A stretch of DNA of 64,000 bases, from assembly GCF_036321535.1 (NCBI RefSeq), contig NC_087437.1, forward strand, positions 22,756,001-22,820,000, written 5' to 3'. Positions within the stretch are counted from its first letter, which is position 1. Each line of letters starts with the position of its first letter. The notes under the pieces were generated by a model. The model had not been told where the DNA came from. It was given only the letters and a program-made list of their open reading frames with translations, and did no database searches. The DNA is from Camelus dromedarius (lineage: Eukaryota). The position numbers and the translations under genes are program-made. This document shows, one piece after another, positions 52,994-64,000 of the stretch.

Positions 52994-53478
52994 ATTATCT
53001 CTACTTCTCACTACAAACTTGAAAGATGAGAAACTAACAGATGAGAAATAAGGTAACTTGTCTAACTTGGTGACATTTCCGATATTTCCCCTTAAGGCTC
53101 AAAAGTTTAAACTGACAGCACAGCCCAAAACATGATCAACCCAAGGAGCATACCAGGAACCGTAAGGTTGGCCCTATATTCAGTTGCATAAATTCTAGAA
53201 TCACAATAACTGAATCAAATTAGTTGAACAACTGCTACAAATGCATATTACCTTTAATTTGACTTGTTGGTTTATTTCTAGAACTATCTGAACATTTATC
53301 CCAAGCACTTTTTCTCACCACTCCCTCTTAATGAGCCAGGTAGGATGTGGCTTGAAAAAAGCAAATAGGATTTTTTGAAAACTTAAGTGATTTAAGATTG
53401 GGTTTAATTATTCAGGACAACTTGAAACCTGAAAATGTAGAGACTTTGATCTCCAAACTGCTCTGAGTGACTGAGTTG

Positions 53479-53479
<1 letters not shown>

Positions 53480-53528
<49 letters not shown>
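53480..53528. repeat. (TG)24 microsatellite
   Basis: Seen directly. Confidence 0.97.
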
Positions 53529-53531
<3 letters not shown>

Positions 53532-54424
53532 CCAGAATGGAAGCAGACTGACTCAAGAGGAATCAGGTCTGTTGCTATATTTTAATTTCATTAGTCATTT
53601 TATGAGTAACAGATTAGAAATTATTGTAATATGTAACTATGACCAATTTTAGGACATCTATATATTGCTAATTGACATATAATATAAATAAATTGTCCTG
53701 AGTATTGTGATTTTGCACATACTTTGGTCCCTGGAAACTCTAAAGTATGAATGATTCCATCTAATATCTGAGCTTTTCAGACCAAACCTTTCATGTTTCT
53801 TAAGGGGAAAAATCCCATCAATAAAATGTTCTTCAAAGAACTGTCTTCCCTATGAAAATGCTCATATTGTACTGAGCTTCTCCACAGAAATATGAAGAAT
53901 CTCATATTTCTAAGAGATGCTCCCAGTGAAAGGAAGAAAGATAGGAATTTTAGGGATAGCATAGAGGAGGGCCAGACTAACCCAGTGGGCAATGAGGCAA
54001 AGGTCTATGAACTTCTGGGCTGTTTGACTCATGATCACTCAGTGGCCCCTCAGCTTCCAATTCCTTTCATATGCTAACCCCTGGTAGTGGGATCTTCCTA
54101 GTGCTAAAGTTTTGGGTCATCCAGAGTGCATCCCTTAGGTAAATGTTTAGAATATAAATCTACATGGAATGACAAACAAGGATTCTCCTTGATTGATTCC
54201 TAAAAATTAGCAAATTGTTAAGTGAACAACCTAAATACATTTCTACTCTTCAGACATGAATGATGCACGTCTTCTGGGAACGCTGATGCCAGAACACATT
54301 CAAGCGAGGAAAGGCACAGGGCTGAATGAAATAAACCTCTGGTTCCTAGACTCTAAAATCCTGATACTTCAGGCTAAGATCTTACATATTAATCTATCTA
54401 CACCCCATTGTTACTGTAAACACT

Positions 54425-57400
54425 TTTATTTCTTCTACTTGTCTGATTGCTGTGGCTAGGACTTCCAATACTAGGTAAATAGAAGGGGTGGGAGTTGGCA
54501 TTCTTGTCTTATTTCTGATCTTAGAGGAAAAAATCTCCAGCTTTTCATCATTGACTATGATGTTATCTGTGGGTTTGTTGTATACAATCTTTATTATGTT
54601 GAGATATAGTTCCTCTGTACACACACTTTGTTGAGTGTTTTTATTATAAATGGATGTTGGATTTTGTCAAATGATTTTTCTGCATCTATGGAGATAATCA
54701 TGATTTTTATCTTTCATTTTGTTAATATGCTGTATCAGGTTGATTAATTCATGTATATTGAAATATTCTTTCATCCCTGGAATAAATTTCGCTTGACTAT
54801 GGTGTATGATCCCTTTAATGTATTGTTGAATTCAATTTGCTAATATTTTGAGGATTTTTGCATCTATCTTGGCCTGTAATTTTTTTTCTAGTGTTTTGTC
54901 TGGTTTTAGTATCAGGGTAATACTGACCTCACAGAATGAATTTGGAAGAGTTCCTTACTCTTCAATTTTGTGGAATAGTTTGAGAAGGATAAGTATCAAC
55001 TTTTCTTTAAATGTTTGGCAGAATATCCCTGTGAAGCCTTCTGGTCCTGTACTTTTGTTTGTTGGAAGTTTTTTGATTATTGATTCAGTTTTATTACTGG
55101 TAATTTATTCCTTTTGATTTTCTATTTCTTCCAAATTCAGTCTTAGAAGATTGCATCTTTCTATAAATTTATTCATTTTTTCTAGGTTTTCCAATTTGTT
55201 GGCATATAATTATTTGTAATAGTCTCTTATGATTCTTTGTAGTTCTGTGGTATCTGTTGTAGTTTCTTTTCAATTTTTAGTTTTACTTATTTGGGTCTTT
55301 TTTCTTTATCTTAATAAGTATGGCTAAAAGTTTGTCAACTTTGTTTATCTTTCCAAGAAACAGCCCTTAGTTTCTTTGATCTTTTCTATTTTTTGTTTCA
55401 TAGTTTCTATTTCATTTATTTCTGCTTTGATCTTTACTATTTCATTCTTTCTACTAACTTTGGGCTTTATTTGTTCTTCTTTTTATAGTTCCTTTACATT
55501 TAAAGTTAGGTTATTTATTTGAGATTTTTCTTGTTTCTTGAGGTGGCCTCTCTGTATGAACTTCCCTCTTAGAACTATTTTTGCTGTGTCCCATAGATTT
55601 CATAAAGTTGTTTTTCCATTTTCACTTATTTCAAGGTATTTTTTATTTCCTTATTGACTTCTTTATTGACCCACTAGTTGTGGGGTAGCATGTTGTTTAG
55701 TCTCCATGTGTTGGTATGTTTTTCCAGTTTTCTTCATGTAATTGATTTGTAGTTTCCTACCATTGTGATTAGAAAAGATGCCTGACATAATTGCAGTCTT
55801 CTTAAATTTATTGAGACTTGTTTTGTTGCCTAGCATGTGATCCATCCTGGGGAATATTTCATGAGAACTTGAAAAGAATATGTATTCTGATGGTTTGGGA
55901 TGAAATTTTCTATATGTATCTATTAGTCTAATGTGTCATTCAAGGCCTATATTACACTCTTGATTTTTTTATCTGAATGATCTGTCTATTGATGTAAGTG
56001 GGATATGATTATTTTATTACTGTCAATTTCTCTCATTACATTTTTTAATATTTCCTTTATATATCTGGGTGTTCCTATTTTGTTTGCATAAATATTTACA
56101 GATGTTACATTGTCCTCTTTGATACCGTTATCATTAGATAATTCTCTTCTTTCTCTTTTGTTATAGACTTCATTTTAAAACCTACTTTGTCTGATATGAG
56201 TATTGCAACTCCAGCTTTCTTTTCATTTCCATTTGCATGGAATATCATTTTCCATCCTTTCACTTTCAGCTATGTGTGTTTTTAAATCTGAATTGAATCT
56301 CTTGTAGGCAGCATATAGATGTGTCTTGTATTTTATCCACATAGCCAGCCTATATCTTTTAATTGAAGTATTTAGTCTACTTACATTTAAAGTGATTATT
56401 GCTAGGTATATACTTATTGCCATTTTGTCAACTGTTTTCTGGTTGTTTTTGTAGTTTTTCTTATTTCTTTCTTCTTCTCTTAATCTCTTCTCTTGCAGTT
56501 TGATAATTTTCTTTAGTGTTATGTTTGAATTCCTTTCTTTTTTTTAAAAAAAGTTTAATTTGTGGTGACCATGAGGTTGATATATATCTATGATATATAT
56601 CTATGATACATCATAGATATAGCAATTAAACCGATAGTTGCTTAAATCCAAACACATTCTAAAAGCAGTACATTTCTACACACATATTTTATGTTTTTGA
56701 CATCATATTTTACAACTTTTTACTTTTAACTATTTTTTGTTATTATAGGTGATTTTATGACTTTGCCTTTGAACCTTCATACTGGCTTTCATACTATATC
56801 TGCTCTTACCAGTGAGATTTTTTTCTTTCATATATTTTCTTTTTTCTAGTTATGGCTTTTTGTTTTCTACTTAAGACCATTAAACCGTTCTTGTAAGGTC
56901 AGGTTAGTGGTGATGAACTCTTTTTAGTTTTGCTTATCTGAGAAAGTCTTTATCTCTCCTTCAATGCTGAATGATAGACTTACTGGGTAGAGTATTCTTA
57001 GTTGTAATTTATTTCCTTTCAGCATATTAAATGTATCAAGTCACTCCCTTCTGGCCTGCAAAGTTTCTGCTGAAAAATCAGCTGATAGCCTTTTTTTTGT
57101 TCCCTTTTATGTAGTTTATTGTTTTTCTCTTGCTTCCTTTAAAATTATTTCTTTGTAACTTTAGTCATTTTAGTTATATGTCTTGATGTGGCTCTTGGGG
57201 TTCATTTTATTTGGGACTCTCTGTGATTTCTGGACCTATATATCTGTTTCCTTCCTTAGGGTAGAGAATTTTTCAACCATTATTTCTTCAAGTAAGTTTT
57301 CTGTCCCTTTCTCTCTCTCTTCTCCTTCTAGGACGCCTATAATGCAAATGTTAATATGCTTGATGTTTTCCTAGGCCCCCTTAAATGATCTTCATTTTTA

Positions 57401-58548
57401 AAAATTCTTTTTTCTTTTTGTTATTCTGGTTGGGTGATTTCCCACTATTCTGTCTTCCAGGTTGCTTACACATTCTTCTGTATCATCTAATCTGCTGTTG
57501 ATAACTTCTAGCATATTTTCATTTTCATTATTTTATTCTTCAGCCCTGAATGGTTCTTTTTTATATTTTCTAACTCTCTGTTGACATCCTGTGTTATTCT
57601 ATTCTTCTCCTCAGTTCAGTGAGCATTTTTATGACTATTCCTTTTAAACTCTTTATCAGGTAAATTACTAATCTTTGTTTCATTAGGGGTTTTTTTCCTC
57701 CTGGGGTTTTATCTTGTTCTTTCATTTGGAACAATTCTGGTGTCTTCTCATTTTGTTTGACTTTCTGTGTTTGTTTTTATGAATTAAGTGAAACAGTTAC
57801 CTCTCCCAGTCTTGAAGGTATGGCCTTATGTAGGAGCATCCCCCATATAGACTGAATGTACCAGGTAGCTTTGGCAGGCCAGTTGGGGCTGGAGCAGGCA
57901 TAGGCTAGGGGAGTCCTGGCACTTAGGAGGCCAGGCCAGTCCCACTATGGAGAAGTGACTGGAGCTGGAGTGTGTGCTGACTAGAGGCTTTCCCAGTGTG
58001 CACCAGTACTGTTGCTTTGGGACAGCTGGTGCTGGAGTTGGTGTGGACCAGGGGCAGGCTGTCAGCCTTGACTGTCTAGCTAAAGCAAAAGGTTCTTTTC
58101 AAACTGCATTGGGACTCAAAAAGAATGAGTTTGTGCACAAGTCCTTTAAAGATAGAGTCTCAATTTCCTACAGATTTCCAGCTCTCCCAGATGTAAGTAC
58201 TGCTGGCTTCAAAGTCAGTTACAGGTACTTGTCTTCCCAGTGCCAGTCTCTAAGGTTGGGGTGCCCAGTGTGAGGCTGGAACTCCTTACTCCTTACAGAG
58301 GACCTCTGTTTGTGATATCTCCTTTCACTTGTGGGCTGCCATGCTGGGGTTGTGGATCCAGATTAGATTAAATCTCTGCCCCTCCCACCTCAATGTGGTT
58401 TTTTCTTTACATCTTTAAATTGTTGAAAAGCTAGTCTGCTAGTCTTTAGGTTGTCCTCAGAGAGAGTTGCCCTATACGTAGCTGTAGTTTTGGTGTATCT
58501 GTAGGAGATAAGCTCAGGATCTTCCTACTCTGCCATCTTGATCCCACC
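54425..58548 (-). mobile_element. L1 relic with intact 5' end (5'UTR, ORF1, ORF2 EN to start of RT); 3' half missing
   Basis: 5' terminus GGTGGGATCAAGATGGCAGAGTAGGAAG (YY1 motif); peptides IITLNV (EN start), [39 protein letters not shown]. Confidence 0.92.
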
Positions 58549-59592
58549 TTTTATTCTGGTTTTTCTTTTCAGTCCTTTTTCTCTTTGTTTTGGAAACTTC
58601 TATTGTCATATCCTCAAGCTCAGAGATTATTTCCTCTGCTGTGTCCAGTCTACTAATGAGTCTATCAGAGGAATTCTTCATTTTTATTACAGTTTTTTTG
58701 ATCTCTAGCATTTTTTATTCTTTCCTAGAATTTCCATCTGTTTACCCTATCTATTTGTTCTTACACATGTCTACTTTTCCATTAAAGCCCTTAGCATATT
58801 AATCATAGCTTTAAAAAATATTCCTGGTCTGATAAGTACAACATTCCTGCCATAACTGAATCTGGTTCTGATGCTTATTCACTCTCTTCAAACTTTGTTT
58901 TTTGCCTTTTGGTGCTTGTAATTTTGAAAGGTGGATATAATGCACTCTGCAAAAACAACCATGGTAAATAGACCTTCAGTAATGTAATGGTAAGTTATAA
59001 GTTGTGTATGGAGGGAAACATTCTACAGTCTTATGATTAGGTTTCAGTCTTTTGGTAAGCCTCTGACCCTGGACTGTAAACTTCACTAGTGATTCTCATT
59101 CCCTGTCCCCCTACCTCATGTGGGATAGGACGGCAAGAAGGGGCAGGAGTTGAATACTTCCTTTCCCTCATGTAGAACACTAGTCAACTGGATTTGGTTA
59201 TTTCCCTTCCTCCAGGTAGATGAGGCTCTGACAAACTCCCAGCCAGTTAGGCTCTGGTAAAATAATTTCTCCTGAGGGCAGAATTTGTTAAGAACAGAAT
59301 GCTCTGGTATATTTGCAGATGGTTCCTTTTCCTCTCTCCCTGCTGGAAGCCAGAGGAGATTTGCCTCTGATATTCACTGTGAAGACATGGTAGAGGTCTT
59401 GGGGTAAATCTCAAAATATTGTGGGGCCTTCCTATGACTGGGCCTTCCTAGAGTTTCCAATTCTCAGACTTGTCCACACTAAGTCTCTAATAATTCATCA
59501 GTTACAGTTAAGATTTTCTTGTGTTGGCACCAATTCTCATGGGTTGCTGATTCAGTTAGTTGTGATTCTCTGTATCTCTCTGTCTCTCCAAT
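58549..59592 (-). mobile_element. Older L1 (L1MC/MD-like) ORF1 and 5'UTR, left part
   Basis: ORF1-like LISRLDTAEEIISELED; continues at 61726. Confidence 0.8.
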
Positions 59593-60026
59593 TTGACAGT
59601 TAATTTTATACATCAACTTCTCTGGCCATGGAGTACCTGGTGATTAAACATCATTTCTGGGTGTCTTTGAGGGTATTTCCAAATGAGATAAGCATTTGAA
59701 CCAGTGGATTCCATAAAATAGGTTGCCCTCCCCAATGTGGGTGAGCATAATCCAATTTAATGAGGACCTGAATAGAATGAAGGACAGAGGAAGGAGAAAT
59801 TTGCCCTTTTTATCTGCTTCACTGTTTCAGCTGGTACATCTCATTTCATCTCCAGCCCTCAGAATGAGATTTATACCATTGGCTCCCCAGCTTCTTAGGC
59901 CTTCAGACTCAGACCGAATTACATTGCCAGCTTAGGTCTCCAGCTCACAGACAGCAGACTGGGACCTCTCATCCTCTATAATCACATGAGCCAATTCCTC
60001 ATAATAAATCTCTCTCTCTCTTAACA
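59593..60026 (+). mobile_element. MLT2B-like ERVL LTR (U5 shortened)
   Basis: gttaattttatacatcaactt, ttgccctccccaatgtgggtgagcat, catgagccaattcctcataataaatctc. Confidence 0.85.
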
Positions 60027-61364
60027 GAAATTGGTACTACAAAAAGGGAGTGCTGCTGTTACAAATACCAAAAAAATGTGGAAGCAGCTTTGGAACTGGG
60101 TAATGAATAGAGGCTGAAAGAGTTCTGAGATACATACTACATTATGAATGGATCATTAAAGGTAATTCTGGTGGGGTCAGAAAGAAAAGAACAGAGCATA
60201 GAGAAAGCTCCAGTCATCTTAGAAAATACTTAAGTAACCCTGAACAGAATATTGGTAAAAACATGGATGGTAAAGGCCATTCTGATGAGATCTCAGATGG
60301 AAATAAGGAATGTATTATTGGAAACTGGAGAAAAGGCAATCCTTGTTATAAAATGGCGAAGAACTTGGCTGATTTATATTCATGTTGTAGTGTTTTGTAG
60401 AAGGTGGAACATGTGAGCAATAGAATTGGATATTTTGCTGATGAGATCTCTAAACAAAATGTTGAAGGAGTGGTTCTTTCAGGCTGCTGGTCACAAGATG
60501 TGACAAGAAAGAAGTCCTTCAAAAATGGAATTGTTAAGCAAAAAAGAACTGAAACTTAAAGATCTGGAAAATTCTCAGCCTATCCATATTATAAAAAAAT
60601 AGAGAGCATATTCTGAAGAGAACATTAAGGGTACAACCATGGATATGAACCATGGCCCTAAAAGAACATCTCAACAAAAGCCAGGCACTATTTTCCAAGA
60701 CAGGGGAAGAATGAAAACACCTCCTCCACAAAGTGATTCAGAGATCATCAGAGCTGCCACTTCCACCACAGTCCCAGAATGAAAGAGCCCAGGTAGCAGA
60801 ACTGCTTCAAAGGGTGAGGCTACTTCTCTAGTTCAGATGGGCTAGGATGCCCCTGCTCAATGCCTCAATGATAGGGCCCCAGCAGAGAGCAGCAAGGGCA
60901 GGGCCACTGCAGACAGCATAGGATAAACAACACCCCACTGAGTCTTTGAGGGCAATGTTGCTACCCCAGTGGGATCAGAGGGTAGAACATTGAGCCAAAG
61001 AGAATTATTCTTGAGCCTCAATGTTTAATGTTTTTAGCCCTGTTAGGTTTTGGACTCACTTTGAACCCATTAGGCTCTTTCTTTCCTAATTCTCCCTTCT
61101 GGAATGAAAATGTCTATTCTATGCCTGTCCCACCACTGTATTTTAGAAGCACGCCAATTTTTTGATTTGACAGATTCACAACTGTAGAGGAATTTGTGTC
61201 AGGGTAAATCACCCATTTCTGATTTAGATGATATTTAGCGAAGACTTTGCATTTAGACTTTAGAGTTGATGTTAGAACAAGTTAAGACATTTGGGGTTGT
61301 TGGGATGGAATGAATGTATTTTGCATGTGAGAAGGACATAAATTTTGGGAGGTCAGGAGTGGAA
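60027..61364 (+). mobile_element. MaLR internal sequence (MLT1A-int-like)
   Basis: gaaattggtac PBS-like start, aatgtggaagcagctttggaactgggtaa, ttggaaactggagaaaagg; purine-rich PPT at 61347-61364. Confidence 0.85.
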
Positions 61365-61725
61365 AGTCATAGATTGAATATTTGTGTTCTCTCAAAACTC
61401 ATATGTTGAATTCTAACTTCCAATACGATGGTATTTGAAAGTGGGGACCTTGGGAGATGATTAGGTAGGTCATAAGGGTGGAGCCCTCATGAATGGGATT
61501 AGTGTCTTTATAAAAGAGAATTCAGAGAGATCTCTTGCCCTTCCCAGCTATGTCTGGACACAGCAAGAATTCAACCATCTAAGAACCAGGTAGTGGGCTC
61601 TCACCAGACATGAAACCTGCTGATGCCATGATCTTGATCTTCCTCTAGAATTGTGAGAAATAAATGTTTGTTGTTCAAGTCACACAGTTTATGACATTTT
61701 TGTAGCAGCCCAAACTTATAAGACA
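61365..61725 (+). mobile_element. MLT1A0-like 3' LTR
   Basis: gggtggagccctcatgaatgggattagtg...gtgagaaataaa...taagaca. Confidence 0.88.
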
Positions 61726-61850
61726 CTGATTTTGGGGGCAGTGGATTACCCTGTAACCTTACTGCTCTGAAAGATCAAGAGTTATTGATTTGTTCATGTT
61801 TTTACTTATTGTTAGGTGACTTCTAGGATCCTTACTTGCTGAGCTGTATA
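61726..61850 (-). mobile_element. Older L1 5'UTR, right part (continuation of 58549-59592)
   Basis: ttttgggggcagtgg...ccctgt...gagttattgattt...tttttacttattgttagg. Confidence 0.7.
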
Positions 61851-62494
61851 CCAGTAGTACCTGCTGAATTAATTTTTTGGAAACATATTTTTGATTAGGG
61901 ATCTTGCAGAGAAGCAAGATTCAAGGTTATGTTACCAGGCTAGGACCAGATTACTAGTATTTAGAATAATAAATATTTATTCAACATGAATTTATTCAGT
62001 CCCTTGTATATTAAAAGCTTTGTAATTGTATTAGTTACTAAGAATATAACAGGAACCAGATATAATCACCAACCTCAAGAAATTAGAGGGAGGCAAGAGA
62101 GAAGAAAATATGTAATCACATTTTGAAAAGAAGTTGTTCCAAATCTGATCCAAGAAAGAACATGTTTTGAGTGATGTAATTCATCACTTTTTTGGGGAGA
62201 AAGTATTAATTTTGATTAATTTTTAAATAATTTCCCTACAAATTTTAATAGGTAAAAAGTTGCCTTAGGGAATCAAGTAACCCATTATCATGATGACTGT
62301 CAGTCAAGAGTTTGGTGAACTTTTACCAAATGTTCTTTTCATTTTGATCTGATTCAGCAATAATTATCTAATCATTATTTTAACTATAAAATTTCTTACC
62401 AAAAAATAATTTTTAGCCAGCATAATCTTTCATAGGCTTTTTCCCTGAAGCAAAGTTGTAATGAACTTTGACATATGCTCATAACTAAATTAGC

Positions 62495-63042
62495 TGAAAA
62501 GCAGTACTACTTACAATAGCTAAGATATGGAAGCAACCCAAGTGCCCAATAGATGATTGGATTAAGATGAGATATGTATATATATACAATGGAACATTAC
62601 TCAGCCATTAAAAAAAAACTGCCATTTGCCACAACGTGGAGAATATTATGCTTAGTAAAATAAGCCAGACGGAAAAAGACAAACACCTTCTGATATCATT
62701 CATATGTGGAATTTTTAAAATAATACAAATGAATATTTATGCAAAGCAGAAACAGACTCACAGTTACAGAAAATAAACTTATGGTTATGAAAGGGGAGAA
62801 AGAAGAAGGAAGGGACATATTAGGGGTATGGGATTAACAGATACAAACTATTACACATAAAATAGATAAGCAACAAAGATATACTATATAGCATAGCCAT
62901 TATATATAGCCATAATCACCTATAGTGGAGTACAATCTGCAAAAATACTCAATCACTATGCTGTACACCTGAAACTAATATAATACTATAAAATAACTAT
63001 ACCTCAGTTAAAAAAAAAGAAGAAAAGAAAAGAAAAAGAAAA
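62495..63042 (+). mobile_element. L1 3' end (cetartiodactyl-type) with A-rich tail
   Basis: atggaagcaacccaagtgccca, gcagaaacagactcacag, gctgtacacctgaaactaa, tail aaaaaaaaagaagaaaagaaaag. Confidence 0.9.
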
Positions 63043-63249
63043 TCGCGCTAAGAATTGTATTAGATGTTAGCACACAGATGGGGAAGTACTTGAATTTTGG
63101 ATGTATGAGTGGGTGTAATGGTGGGGAGGAATTCCTCCAGAAGTGACATATAAATTGAATACTACAGAGTGAATAGAACAAAGGGCAGTGGGAAGATGAG
63201 AGGCATCTAAGATTATCAAAGAAAAGGGACTTAAAAGATGAAAAGCATT

Positions 63250-63702
63250 ATCTGTATCGCAGGCCTGTGGCTGCCCTGTCAGTATCCCTTGGGCTTGAAA
63301 ATTTTCCAATTCTCCAGTGCATTTTCACCTGCCTGTATCTACAGCTCCACCTGAGAGTTTTCTCCCAGGTGGCAGAAGGCTCTTCTCTCTTGTAGGAAAT
63401 CCTGGTAAAAAGCTTGAGAGGCTTGACATGGCCAGCAGCAGACTTCAACCAATGACAGAGTGGTGCAGTTTATATGAAAACACCCCCGTTTCTTCTCCCT
63501 TCCGGTGGGATAATTCTGAGAGTGTTTTACAGTATTTCCTAGAATTTCACCAAGGATTTAGCTCCAAACCCCACTGTGGGCACGGGCTTCCTTTTCCTGT
63601 GTCGTTTTCCTACTCCCTACCAGTGTTTTCTGCACTTCTCAAATAAAGTGCTTTCACTCCAGTCCTTGTCACAGGTTCTGCTCTGGGGAATCCAGACTAA
63701 GC
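63250..63702 (+). mobile_element. LTR16-like ERVL LTR
   Basis: tcaaccaatgac, ggtgggataattctgag, caaataaa...caggttctgctctggggaatccagactaag. Confidence 0.7.
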
Positions 63703-63806
63703 AGCCTTATTGAATGAGCTGCAAGCAGCTGAGCAACAGAGAAAACTTGTAAAATCCACAGAGGTTAAAGCAAGGTTAGGCCAGAGTATGCAGGGCCCTG
63801 ATTCCT

Positions 63807-63989
63807 CAGATTTAGCATATAAAAATACAGAACATCCAAGTAAACTTTAATTTCAGATAAATAATAAATAACATTGTAGTATAAGTATGTCCCAAGTATT
63901 GCATGGGACATAGTTATACTAAAATTTATTTGTTGGTTATCTAAAATTTAATTTTAATTGGGCATCTTGTATTTTATCTGGCATCGCTA
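63807..63989. mobile_element. MER53 palindromic hAT MITE
   Basis: Central palindrome tagtataagtatgtccca...tgggacatagttatacta; ends ttatctggcatcgcta. Confidence 0.9.
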
Positions 63990-64000
63990 CATGCTCAAGA

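Noticed and set aside
52529..53011. 160-aa ORF as a host gene
   Set aside because: It is the L1 ORF2p C-terminal fragment of a truncated element.
54425..63042. Twin-priming inversion pairing the minus 5' L1 with the plus 3' L1 at 62.5 kb
   Set aside because: They are separated by ~4 kb of older elements and the L1 coordinates are not contiguous.
1..64000. CRISPR arrays, rRNA/tRNA genes, CpG island, intact ERV genes
   Set aside because: None seen; this is eukaryotic intergenic/intronic DNA with decayed repeats.

Overview
AT-rich, CpG-depleted mammalian genomic DNA, probably a camelid (inferred from the young L1 3' ends and the absence of any lineage-specific tRNA-derived SINE). The only protein-coding sequence I can support is the first coding exon of SLC9A9 (NHE9, endosomal Na+/H+ exchanger) on the minus strand (7504-7678). 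Positions 1-7503 are intron 1 and everything above ~7.9 kb is upstream intergenic DNA made largely of transposon relics: L1, L2, MIR, MaLR/ERVL/ERV1 LTRs, and hAT and Tigger MITEs. Repeat family names come from recalled consensus sequences, and most repeat boundaries are approximate. I see no convincing novel biological system. The observations most worth checking are: (i) an LTR element with mismatched ends (MLT2B-like 5' LTR, MaLR internal region, MLT1A 3' LTR) sitting as one block in an old L1; (ii) immune/interferon-type motif clusters at the SLC9A9 promoter and ~8 kb upstream; (iii) a MER41-like LTR ~26 kb upstream; (iv) a short uORF; (v) several L1 insertion-mechanism footprints.
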